Virus record (IMG/VR): IMGVR_UViG_3300027708_000021
DNA from: a virus
Direction: 5' to 3' (one strand)
Length of the DNA stretch: 64,000 bases
This document shows positions 38,144 through 47,191 of this stretch, piece by piece. Numbering within the stretch: the stretch's first letter is position 1; each line of letters starts with the position of its first letter. Under the pieces are notes generated by a model, which worked only from the letters and a program-made list of their open reading frames with translations, was not told the origin of the DNA and did no database searches. The translations under genes and the position numbers were made by a program.

Positions 38144-40447
38144 ATGTCACAAAACAACGCTAACCAGAAGCTAAATGACTTGCTTATCAGCAAGAATTTC
38201 GACCCGCAGTCATTAAATAATCAGGGCAAACCAGCCTCCTCTCCCGAAGAAGCAGATTTATTTTCTTTTGATTACAAAGGTGAATCAGGACAAGACTACG
38301 GCACCGTAGTCATCATGCTCAATGATGAAAATGACTTGAATGTTTACTTTGGCGATAATATTGGTAAAAGCATGGAAGGCAATGATAAAAAGGGATGGTT
38401 TGATTTCCTATATCAGCTCCGTATGTTTGCCAAGAGAAATTTATTCAGTTTTACATTACAAAATTTAAACAAATTAAAATATAGTATGCAGGGTCAAGCG
38501 GCAATTAGTGAAGGATTGTTTGAATCATGGCAGGGTAAAAAAGATTTATCTTGGAATGCCGATGCTACACAAGCTCGACTAATGATTAAACACAAACGCA
38601 ATATAGGCGAAGGCGAAGCTCGTTTTCGTAATATACAATCGTTGTTTATTGAAACAGCTGACGGCGAAAGATTTAAATTGCCATTTACAAAATTATCTGC
38701 TGGCCGTGCTATGTTGGAACATGTACGACAAGGCGGTAAACCTTATGACATTCGGGGTAATCATATTGTCACTATTCTTGAAGAAATGAATTTGTTGAGT
38801 CGTTTCCGCCGCGCTAATCAAGGTAAAATCTTTGAAGGTGAAACACAACAATTAGTAGAACAAGCTACACATTATTACGAAACATTACAAAGTAATTTAA
38901 AGAGTTTAGGTACAAAAGTTGGATACACAAAATATTTTGAATCGTGGGATCCAGCGGCATTAACTGATGAAGATGTCATCATTGAAGATTTGCGTCATAT
39001 GTTTGTAGAACAAAACATTGATTCAAGAATTGAACAAGCATTACCGTTATTGGCAAAATTACAACAGGAATACAACATGAAAGAAGCTAACATATTTGAA
39101 AATTGGACAAACCTTATTCTCGAAGGTACATGGGCGATTCCCGATACTAAAGAAAAACAAACAGCTTTAGTAACATTGCTCAGTCAAGAATTGCCAGTTG
39201 GTGCCGATGCTACTAACGCAACAGAATTGTTATATGATTTGCTGGGCGATGATGAATTGTTTGACCGTTTAGAAGAATTAGCCGAGCAAGACGCCAATGC
39301 TGATGCTCGCGAAATTATTCTTAATCGTTTAGAAGAATTAAAAGATAATCCAGATATTGCACAAGTTATTGGCCACTTAAAGACTCCAACACCAGATAGT
39401 CAAGAACCAGTTGACGAATCTTTTGAAGATGATGCTAGTCCAGTAGAGTCCGCTATTATTAATCGTATTATGATGGATCATCCACTTTTATTAGCTAAAT
39501 TCGGTCCAGAAGCTGTTATGACTGCCGCTAGAGACCAAGCTGAATGGGTTGGTGATGTTGATGAAATCGGCAGTAGTGATGTAAGCGGTTGGATTAAAAA
39601 TGTTGTTAGAGATTTGGCAAGTACTACTCAAGAATTAGACGAACTAAGTCCAGATACATTAAAGAGCTATGTTAAGAAAGCAAGTTCAGATCGTGCCATG
39701 CGTAACTTTGACCAAGGTGTAGACATGGGCGTTTCATATGGCGCCCGCGAACCAAAATTTGATAAAGAAAATGATCATAAAGACACATTACGCCGTCGAG
39801 GCATTCACAAAGCTGTAGATCGTTTAGAAGAAGGCGACATGAAAGACTGGTTATGGAACGAAGCCGAACGCTTAGACAAAGATGCTTTTATTAGTAATGC
39901 CGACGAATACGGTATGACCCCAGAAGAAGCCGCCGAGTGGTGGGATAGTATCAATGGAGAAATTGAAGAAGGCATCACCGGTGCCTTAGCTGGCGGCGCT
40001 TTGGGTGGCTACGCAACTAAATCAGTTAAAGGAACAATGCTTGGAGCTAAATTAGGTAGTAAAGCACAAGATTATTTTACCAAAAAAGATAAAAAAATAG
40101 ACGAAACTGATCACAGTAGTATCGTTGACCAGATGACTAAAACACAAGCCGAAATTGAAAAAATTGTTCGTTCGGGTGGTCGTGTAGCAATGAATGATCC
40201 GTTAACTAGAAAGTTAAAAATGCTCAAAAACAAATTACATAAATCTAAAGAAGTTAATGAAAACACAGCGTTAACTGGCCCATATGGGCATTCCGGTAAA
40301 CTAGCACCAGTGGAAGGCACTGACGAAGATATGATGGCTAGAATCAAATTCTTAGCCGGCATTAGAGAAAATGATACTACTACAGATGGGCAGGAAGATT
40401 CAAATTTAACCGCTATGAAATCTGTCAGTTCTATTTTCATTAGATAA
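38144..40447 (+). CDS. Virion protein: globular N-terminal region plus C-terminal modular polyprotein region
   Basis: Late TAAATA at 38131-38136; C-half is split by LDE/LEE/IEE/IDE/VNE sites; MARIKFLAGI. Confidence 0.55.
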   Translation: MSQNNANQKLNDLLISKNFDPQSLNNQGKPASSPEEADLFSFDYKGESGQDYGTVVIMLNDENDLNVYFGDNIGKSMEGNDKKGWFDFLYQLRMFAKRNLFSFTLQNLNKLKYSMQGQAAISEGLFESWQGKKDLSWNADATQARLMIKHKRNIGEGEARFRNIQSLFIETADGERFKLPFTKLSAGRAMLEHVRQGGKPYDIRGNHIVTILEEMNLLSRFRRANQGKIFEGETQQLVEQATHYYETLQSNLKSLGTKVGYTKYFESWDPAALTDEDVIIEDLRHMFVEQNIDSRIEQALPLLAKLQQEYNMKEANIFENWTNLILEGTWAIPDTKEKQTALVTLLSQELPVGADATNATELLYDLLGDDELFDRLEELAEQDANADAREIILNRLEELKDNPDIAQVIGHLKTPTPDSQEPVDESFEDDASPVESAIINRIMMDHPLLLAKFGPEAVMTAARDQAEWVGDVDEIGSSDVSGWIKNVVRDLASTTQELDELSPDTLKSYVKKASSDRAMRNFDQGVDMGVSYGAREPKFDKENDHKDTLRRRGIHKAVDRLEEGDMKDWLWNEAERLDKDAFISNADEYGMTPEEAAEWWDSINGEIEEGITGALAGGALGGYATKSVKGTMLGAKLGSKAQDYFTKKDKKIDETDHSSIVDQMTKTQAEIEKIVRSGGRVAMNDPLTRKLKMLKNKLHKSKEVNENTALTGPYGHSGKLAPVEGTDEDMMARIKFLAGIRENDTTTDGQEDSNLTAMKSVSSIFIR

Positions 40448-40470
40448 ATAAGTGTTAGAAAGCAGTAATC

Positions 40471-40601
40471 GGCAACATTAGTAAGGCAACTTAACCAGTT
40501 TAGTAGTAAACACAGACAGTCCTGTGTATAATAAAGACTGTAGGCAACTTTAATCTAGTAACATAGATAGGCATCACATTTTATAACTTGAAAGGCAACT
40601 T
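40471..40601 (+). repeat. Repeated AGGCAACTT/GGCAAC motif in the gp32 leader
   Basis: AGGCAACTT at 40484, 40542 and 40593; GGCAAC at 40471; GGCATC at 40570. Confidence 0.7.
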
Positions 40602-40604
40602 AAA

Positions 40605-41597
40605 ATGGCATCATTATCAGAAATCAGAGCCCGCTTACAAGCGGCAGAAGGTAACAAACAGGGCGGCAACTCACAAGGCGATTCAGCGATTTATCCACAT
40701 TGGTCAATCGACGAAGGTCAAAATGCTACACTCCGCTTCCTCCCAGACGGTAATACAAAAAACACATTCTTTTGGCAAGAGCGAGCAATGATTCGTTTAC
40801 CATTTAATGGCGTTAAGGGAGAATTAGAATCCAAACAAGTACAAGTCCGTGTTCCATGCGTGGAAATGTGGGGCGAGACTTGTCCAATCTTGTCAGAAGT
40901 TCGTACATGGTTTAAAGATCCAGCATTAGAAGACATGGGTCGTAAGTACTGGAAAAAGCGTGATTATATTTTCCAAGGCTTTGTTCGTGAGAATCCATTA
41001 ACCGATGACAAGGCTCCAGAAAATCCAATTCGTCGTTTTATTATTGGTCCACAAATTTTCACACTTATTAAAGGTGCGTTGATGGATCCAGAGTTGGAAG
41101 AATTGCCAACAGACTATCTCAAAGGTTTAGACTTCCGTATTAGCAAAGGTTCCAAAGGTGGCTTTGCTGACTATAGTGGTTCTAAATGGGCCCGTAAAGA
41201 ATCAGCACTTACAGAAGCTGAACAAGCGGCTATCGAAGCACATGGTTTGTATGACTTATCAACATTCTTGCCTAAAAAACCAGGCGATGTTGAACTCAAG
41301 GTTATCAAAGAAATGTTTGAAGCTTCGGTTGATGGTCAGAGTTATGACACAGAGCGTTGGGGTCAATACTTCCGTCCAGCAGGTGTTAACGCACCCGCAG
41401 GTGGATCAGCACCAGCAACTCAAGTAGAGGATACTCCTGCTCCGGCGGCCAAAGCAACACCGACTCCTGTGAGTAGTTTTGATGATGAAGATGATACTCC
41501 TGTAGCTAGTGCTCCTGTATCTACTTCAGCACCAGCGGCAACATCTGATAAAGCACAAGACATCCTTGCGATGATTCGTGCTCGTCAAAAAGCCTAA
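40605..41597 (+). CDS. gp32: Single-stranded DNA-binding protein (T4 gp32-like)
   Basis: LRFLPD, CVEMWGETCPI, YWKKR, GLDFRI, YSGSKW; acidic low-complexity tail. Confidence 0.88.
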   Translation: MASLSEIRARLQAAEGNKQGGNSQGDSAIYPHWSIDEGQNATLRFLPDGNTKNTFFWQERAMIRLPFNGVKGELESKQVQVRVPCVEMWGETCPILSEVRTWFKDPALEDMGRKYWKKRDYIFQGFVRENPLTDDKAPENPIRRFIIGPQIFTLIKGALMDPELEELPTDYLKGLDFRISKGSKGGFADYSGSKWARKESALTEAEQAAIEAHGLYDLSTFLPKKPGDVELKVIKEMFEASVDGQSYDTERWGQYFRPAGVNAPAGGSAPATQVEDTPAPAAKATPTPVSSFDDEDDTPVASAPVSTSAPAATSDKAQDILAMIRARQKA

Positions 41598-41610
41598 GCA
41601 TTAAGCCAAA

Positions 41611-41644
41611 ATAATAGCATAAGAGGCAACTTTTATGCTATTAT
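41611..41644 (+). terminator. GCAA-tetraloop hairpin between gp32 and uvsX
   Basis: ATAATAGCATAAGAG-GCAA-CTTTTATGCTATTAT. Confidence 0.6.
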
Positions 41645-41670
41645 ATCTACTATAACTCAAAGGAATAATA

Positions 41671-42729
41671 ATGGCAAAGCCATACGACTTCAGTAAATTC
41701 CGTAAGGACATTACAAAATCTATTGACGGAATGTCAATTGGATTCAACGATCCAACAGATTGGGTTAGTACAGGCAACTTTGCTTTGAACTATCTTATCT
41801 CTGGAGATTTTAATAAAGGTATTCCGCTAGGCAAAGTAACAGTATTTGCTGGCGAATCTGGCGCAGGTAAGTCATACATCTGCTCTGGAAATATTGTTAA
41901 GAACGCACAAGACCAGGGTATTTTTGTTGTATTAATTGATACAGAAAATGCTCTTGATGAATTATGGTTACACAACCTTGGCGTCGACACAAGCGAAAGT
42001 AAATTGCTCAAACTCAACATGGCTATGATTGACGATGTAGCAAAAACTATTTCAACATTTATGCAGGACTACAAATCACTACCCGACGGTGAGCGTCCAA
42101 AAGTATTGTTTGTAGTTGACTCCTTGGGTATGTTATTAACGCCAACTGATGTCAATCAGTTTGAAGCTGGCGATATGAAAGGTGACATGGGTCGTAAACC
42201 TAAGGCACTTACAGCACTAGTTCGAAACTCAGTAAACTTTTTTGGTAGTTATAATGTTGGCATGGTATGTACTAACCATACCTACGCTAGTCAAGATATG
42301 TTTGACCCCGACGATAAAATCTCTGGCGGTCAAGGTTTTATTTATGCGTCAAGTATTGTTGTTGCTATGAAAAAAATGAAACTCAAAGAAGACGAGGATG
42401 GCAACAAGATTAGTGATGTTATGGGTATTCGTGCTGGTTGTAAAGTTATGAAAACCCGTTATGCTAAACCGTTTGAAGGAATGCAGATTAAGATTCCGTA
42501 TGAAACAGGTATGAATCCGTATAGTGGTATGGTAGACTTAGCTGAAAAGCGTGGCTTACTTAAAAAAGAAGGCAACAGTTTGGCATTTGTCAGTAGCGAT
42601 GGCGAAGTTATCAAACAATTCCGTAAAAAATGGGAAGCCAATGAAGATGGTTGTCTTGATAAAATTATGCTAGACTTCGGAAAACAGCAAGAAACAGTAA
42701 GTACTGATGACACACCAACGGAGGAATAA
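41671..42729 (+). CDS. uvsX: RecA-like recombinase UvsX
   Basis: GESGAGKS, IDTENA, VVDSLG, TNHTY, SGGQG. Confidence 0.92.
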   Translation: MAKPYDFSKFRKDITKSIDGMSIGFNDPTDWVSTGNFALNYLISGDFNKGIPLGKVTVFAGESGAGKSYICSGNIVKNAQDQGIFVVLIDTENALDELWLHNLGVDTSESKLLKLNMAMIDDVAKTISTFMQDYKSLPDGERPKVLFVVDSLGMLLTPTDVNQFEAGDMKGDMGRKPKALTALVRNSVNFFGSYNVGMVCTNHTYASQDMFDPDDKISGGQGFIYASSIVVAMKKMKLKEDEDGNKISDVMGIRAGCKVMKTRYAKPFEGMQIKIPYETGMNPYSGMVDLAEKRGLLKKEGNSLAFVSSDGEVIKQFRKKWEANEDGCLDKIMLDFGKQQETVSTDDTPTEE

Positions 42730-42731
42730 GA

Positions 42732-42989
42732 ATGTCAGTAGATTTAGCAAGAGAAATTTATAACGAACTAAAGCGTTTTGTAAACACAGTAGACAAAGAC
42801 GAAGCTGCTGAAACACTGGTAGCAGTTTTAATCGACAACGACATCGATGCTGATGATATCAAAGACACTTTTAAGACCGAAACAGAAGTTAAACGGGCAC
42901 TTACAAGCTACCTAAAAGATCATCAAGATGACGAAGAGGAAGACGACGAAGAAGACTTTGAATACGATGACGAGGAAGACGACTATTAA
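42732..42989 (+). CDS. Small highly acidic protein
   Basis: GAGG RBS; D/E-rich tail. Confidence 0.7.
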   Translation: MSVDLAREIYNELKRFVNTVDKDEAAETLVAVLIDNDIDADDIKDTFKTETEVKRALTSYLKDHQDDEEEDDEEDFEYDDEEDDY

Positions 42990-43441
42990 TGTGGTATAGC
43001 CGTGTAACAGCCGACTTGAGTGCAATCCCAGATTTTATTGCACACTACGAAACTGAACTCGAACATGCTAAAATGGAATGCCGAGTAGGTGGTATGGTTG
43101 AAAAGAACATTACCAACTTACCTGGTATTACCGAACATAGATTTAATCAACTTCAAGAAATTGAAGCTGTTTTAAATTATCTTAACATTCAACTTAGAAA
43201 AATTCGTCGTAAACATTTTCAAAAATATCTCGAAGGATATGCTCGTGCTTTAACTAGTCGTGATGCGGAAAAATATGTTGATGGAGAAGATGAAGTTATT
43301 GATTTTGAAACATTAATCAATGAAGTGGCCTTATTACGCAATCGCTACTTAGGTATTATGAAAGCAATGGAATCTAAAAACTTTATGCTAGGGCATATTG
43401 TTAGACTTAGAGCCGCCGGAATGGAAGATATACAGGTATAA
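42989..43441 (+). CDS. uvsY: Recombination mediator UvsY
   Basis: AEKYVDGE, KNFMLGHIVRLRAAG; follows uvsX. Confidence 0.8.
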   Translation: MWYSRVTADLSAIPDFIAHYETELEHAKMECRVGGMVEKNITNLPGITEHRFNQLQEIEAVLNYLNIQLRKIRRKHFQKYLEGYARALTSRDAEKYVDGEDEVIDFETLINEVALLRNRYLGIMKAMESKNFMLGHIVRLRAAGMEDIQV

Positions 43442-43442
43442 C

Positions 43443-44195
43443 ATGTTTAAAAACGCAGACGAATCGCATCAACATAGTTTACAAATTCTTAATCAGTTAG
43501 GAAACTATGAAGATTTTATGTTATCAATTAAAAATCTTGCCGATATAGGATGTGGATCTGGTAAAGATTTAGAATGGTGGGCCACCCGTACAGCTAGTGA
43601 TGATCGAGCTACCCCACTTAATATCTCGTGTCAAGGTATAGATATTATGGATAGTTTAGCAGTGGCTAAAAAATATCCTAATATTACATACCAACGAGCA
43701 GACTTTGAAACTACACTGCATACGCCTCCGGATAAATTTGATGTACTTTGGTGTCATGATACTTTTCAATATGCCGTTAATCCAATTCAAACATTAATTA
43801 ATTGGAGAACTATCACTAGCAATGGTGCTATGTTAGCCTTAGCTGTTCCGCAAACTACTAATGTACGTCACAAAGATTTAGATTTTAGTCAGAAAGATGG
43901 CTGCTATTATCACCATACTATAGTCAGTCTTATTCATATGTTGGCCTTAACAGGGTGGGATTGTCGTGCTGGATTCTTTAAAGTAGATCCAATTGATAAC
44001 TGGATTTATGCTGTAGTATATAAAAGCAATCAAGAGCCTAGAGATCTTAAAACTACTCGCTGGTATGATTTGGCTGACGCAAAATTATTGCCTGATTCTG
44101 CCGAAAAATCAGTTATGGCCCGGGGCTTTTTACACCAACGAGATTTAGTATTGCCCTGGTTGGATAAGAGTTTACAGTGGCTCGGAGCCCAATGA
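43443..44195 (+). CDS. Class I SAM-dependent methyltransferase
   Basis: ADIGCGSG, FDVLWCHDTFQY; start ATG 43443. Confidence 0.75.
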   Translation: MFKNADESHQHSLQILNQLGNYEDFMLSIKNLADIGCGSGKDLEWWATRTASDDRATPLNISCQGIDIMDSLAVAKKYPNITYQRADFETTLHTPPDKFDVLWCHDTFQYAVNPIQTLINWRTITSNGAMLALAVPQTTNVRHKDLDFSQKDGCYYHHTIVSLIHMLALTGWDCRAGFFKVDPIDNWIYAVVYKSNQEPRDLKTTRWYDLADAKLLPDSAEKSVMARGFLHQRDLVLPWLDKSLQWLGAQ

Positions 44196-44214
44196 TAAGT
44201 TAGTACTCACTTAC

Positions 44215-44242
44215 AAACCCCTAAACACAGGGGTTTTATTTT
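44215..44242 (+). terminator. Rho-independent terminator
   Basis: AAACCCCT/AGGGGTTT followed by a T-rich tail. Confidence 0.7.
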
Positions 44243-44244
44243 GG

Positions 44245-44273
44245 TTGACAACAAATTTATATTTTGCTATACT
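44245..44273 (+). promoter_or_regulatory. sigma70-type early promoter
   Basis: TTGACA-17-TATACT with TGn. Confidence 0.8.
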
Positions 44274-44301
44274 CGTATTATAGTAACAAAAATAATTAAA
44301 C

Positions 44302-44472
44302 ATGAACGAAATTTATAACGTAACTTATTCAGCGTATCACCCAGGTAGTACTGAAGTGATTAGTGAAGGCACTATGCCAATTCATGCTACTTCATTTTAT
44401 CTAGCCGAACAAACTGTTAAGGTTATGTTTTCGGGCGCAGAAGTTATTATTCGCTATACAAATAAACAGTAG
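44302..44472 (+). CDS. Small early protein (56 aa; not in the ORF track)
   Basis: MNEIYNVTYSAYHPGSTEVISEGTMPIHATSFYLAEQTVKVMFSGAEVIIRYTNKQ, lying between two consensus promoters. Confidence 0.6.
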   Translation: MNEIYNVTYSAYHPGSTEVISEGTMPIHATSFYLAEQTVKVMFSGAEVIIRYTNKQ

Positions 44473-44501
44473 TTGACAATTAAATCGTTATACCATATAA
44501 T
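44473..44501 (+). promoter_or_regulatory. Perfect-consensus sigma70 promoter
   Basis: TTGACA-17-TATAAT. Confidence 0.85.
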
Positions 44502-44535
44502 AGTATTATTAACAATATAGTTAAGGAGCTAAAAG

Positions 44536-45561
44536 ATGTCTACAATTTTAATTAAAAATGGTGTATATCGTAATCAACCTGTAAACAATGTTTCATTTAC
44601 ATTAGTTAAAGGTTATCAAACTGGAGCCAAAGGAGGCTATGTGACTGTAAAATCTGAAGGCTTTTTTGGTGAAGAATACGACGATGTTCGTATTAAAGTA
44701 AGTTCAATTGAAGACTTAGAGTTTGTAACTGAATCTGTTCCTGTTGGTGAATTTGTTGCGCCAATTGTAACCAAACCTGCTACAGAATCGGATGATGAAG
44801 TTATGGATCGTATTGAACAACGATTTGAAATTTTACATCAAATGACTCGTGCTACAATTTCAGGAGATGTCCGAGCTATGATTGTAGTTGGCCCTCCAGG
44901 AGTAGGTAAGTCATACGGTGTAGAATTTGAACTTGAGAAGTCAGGATTATTTGACAAAATCTCAGGTAAAAAAATTAAGTATGAAGTAGTCAAAGGGGCG
45001 ATGACTCCAATTGGTTTATACTGTACTTTATATCGCCACAGTGACGCTAACAACGTTTTGGTATTTGACGATTGTGACTCTGTGTTCCAAGATGAATTGG
45101 CGCTAAACATTCTTAAAGCCGCATTGGACTCTGGCAAGAAGCGTAAAATTCACTGGAATTCAGATAGTGCTATGTTGCGCCGCGAGGGTGTTCCAGATAT
45201 GTTTGACTTCAAAGGTGGTTGTATTTTTATTACCAACTTAAAGTTTGACAATCTTAAATCTAAGAAAATGCAGGACCATTTAGAAGCATTACAAAGTCGT
45301 TGTCACTTTTTGGACTTGACATTGAATACAATGCGTGACAAGTTTTTGCGTATTAAACAAATTTTCCGCCAAGGTCAGTTGTTTAAGGATTATGATTTTA
45401 GTCCAGAGCAAGGTGAAGAAATCCTAGCATTTATGGATACCAATAAAGATAAATTGCGTGAAATGTCCTTGCGTATGGCTCTTAAATTGGCAGACTTAAC
45501 CAAAGTATCGCAAGAAAATTGGAAGGCTTTGGCGGCTAGTACTTGTATGAAGAATAGCTAA
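44536..45561 (+). CDS. AAA+ ATPase
   Basis: GPPGVGKS, LVFDDCD, FITN, ALQSRC; AAGGAG RBS. Confidence 0.85.
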   Translation: MSTILIKNGVYRNQPVNNVSFTLVKGYQTGAKGGYVTVKSEGFFGEEYDDVRIKVSSIEDLEFVTESVPVGEFVAPIVTKPATESDDEVMDRIEQRFEILHQMTRATISGDVRAMIVVGPPGVGKSYGVEFELEKSGLFDKISGKKIKYEVVKGAMTPIGLYCTLYRHSDANNVLVFDDCDSVFQDELALNILKAALDSGKKRKIHWNSDSAMLRREGVPDMFDFKGGCIFITNLKFDNLKSKKMQDHLEALQSRCHFLDLTLNTMRDKFLRIKQIFRQGQLFKDYDFSPEQGEEILAFMDTNKDKLREMSLRMALKLADLTKVSQENWKALAASTCMKNS

Positions 45562-45607
45562 AAATTTTACTTACTTTATAACTCAAGGTAAGTACAAGGT
45601 AGCTCCT

Positions 45608-45663
45608 GGGCTAGGAAACTAGCCCGTTTTATCAGGCACCCATAAAACGGTGCCTGTTTTTTT
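45608..45663 (+). terminator. Tandem hairpins/terminator with an alternative pairing
   Basis: GGGCTAG-GAAA-CTAGCCC and CAGGCACC/GGTGCCTG followed by a T-run. Confidence 0.7.
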
Positions 45664-45699
45664 GCTCTTTGCATACTAAGTATGCTATAATAAGTGATA

Positions 45700-47157
45700 A
45701 TGCGAACAGCTATAATAACAATCCGTGATGAGGTTAATATCAAAATAGAAGGTCTGGAATTGGATGCCAGACGGAAACTAGTAAACACATTTAAGTATGA
45801 TGTGCCTGGTGCTAGATATTTGCCCGCAGTTAGACTGGGACGATGGGACGGCAAAGTTTCCTATTTTCAATTGGGTGGGTCAACTTATGTAAACTTACTT
45901 CCTGAAATTATTCCTATACTGGATAGTTATAACTATGATATTGAGCTCAATGATCTTCGTGATTATTCTACTAATTTTGATTTTGAACGAGTAACCGAAG
46001 AAACCTTTAGTCATATTAATTGGGGCAAAGATCATCCTATGGAGGGCCAGCCAATTAAATTGCGCGACTATCAAGTTGAAATTATCAATAACTTTTTAGA
46101 AAATCCGCAAAGCATACAGGAAATCGCCACAGGCGCAGGTAAAACAATTATGACCGCGGCACTAAGTCAACGATGCGAAGCTCACGGCAGGACCATTGTA
46201 ATTGTACCTAATAAAAGTTTAGTAACACAAACAGAAAAAGATTATCGTGGCTTAGGTTTAGATGTTGGAGTTTACTTTGGAGATAGAAAAGAGTGGGGCA
46301 AGAAACATACTATTTGTACTTGGCAATCTCTAAACATACTTCTTAAAAATACTAAAAATGGAGCAGATGTTACAATACATGACTTTATCGAAGATGTGGT
46401 TTGTATTATGGTCGACGAAGTACATATGGCCAAAGCTGATGCTTTAAAAACATTACTCACAGGAGTAATGAGTCGAATTCCTATTCGCTGGGGTCTAACT
46501 GGAACTGTGCCTAAAGAGCCATATGAGTTTCAGGCATTGAAGTGTAGTTTAGGCCCGGTTATCAATCAACTATCAGCCAGTGAACTTCAAGATCGCGGAG
46601 TACTAGCACAATGTCATGTTAATATTGTACAATTAATTGACCATGCTGAGTTTTCTAATTATCAATCTGAACTTAAATTTTTACTAGAAGAACCCGATAG
46701 ACTTGATACCATAGCACAATTAGTTGACAAAGTTAATGCCACAGGCAATACATTGGTATTAGTGGATCGTGTAGCAGCAGGACACGCTATTGTAGAAAGA
46801 CTAGGAGACAAAGCAGTATTTGTCAGCGGAGCAACTAAAGGAACTAAACGAGATGAAGAATACGCAGAAGTGGCAACAGCTACTGGAAAAGTTATTGTTG
46901 CTACTTATGGTGTCGCTGCTGTGGGGATTAACATACCTCGTATTTTCAATCTTGTTCTTGTGGAGCCAGGCAAAAGTTTCGTCCGTGTCATACAAAGTAT
47001 TGGTCGTGGCATCAGGAAAGCTGAGGATAAAGACTTCGTCCAAATCTGGGACGTGACTAGCACTTGTAAATTTGCCAAAAGACACCTAACCAAACGCAAA
47101 CAGTTCTACAAAGAAGCAAACTACCCATTTACTCAAGAAAAATTAGAGTGGAAATAG
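45700..47157 (+). CDS. uvsW: SF2 DNA helicase UvsW
   Basis: LRDYQ, ATGAGKT, VDEVH, GLTGT, QSIGRGIR. Confidence 0.9.
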   Translation: MRTAIITIRDEVNIKIEGLELDARRKLVNTFKYDVPGARYLPAVRLGRWDGKVSYFQLGGSTYVNLLPEIIPILDSYNYDIELNDLRDYSTNFDFERVTEETFSHINWGKDHPMEGQPIKLRDYQVEIINNFLENPQSIQEIATGAGKTIMTAALSQRCEAHGRTIVIVPNKSLVTQTEKDYRGLGLDVGVYFGDRKEWGKKHTICTWQSLNILLKNTKNGADVTIHDFIEDVVCIMVDEVHMAKADALKTLLTGVMSRIPIRWGLTGTVPKEPYEFQALKCSLGPVINQLSASELQDRGVLAQCHVNIVQLIDHAEFSNYQSELKFLLEEPDRLDTIAQLVDKVNATGNTLVLVDRVAAGHAIVERLGDKAVFVSGATKGTKRDEEYAEVATATGKVIVATYGVAAVGINIPRIFNLVLVEPGKSFVRVIQSIGRGIRKAEDKDFVQIWDVTSTCKFAKRHLTKRKQFYKEANYPFTQEKLEWK

Positions 47158-47185
47158 TTGACAAACCCAAATATGATGTTACAAT
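47158..47185 (+). promoter_or_regulatory. sigma70-type promoter (extended -10)
   Basis: TTGACA-16-TACAAT with TGn; ATG 6 nt downstream. Confidence 0.7.
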
Positions 47186-47191
47186 AATACT

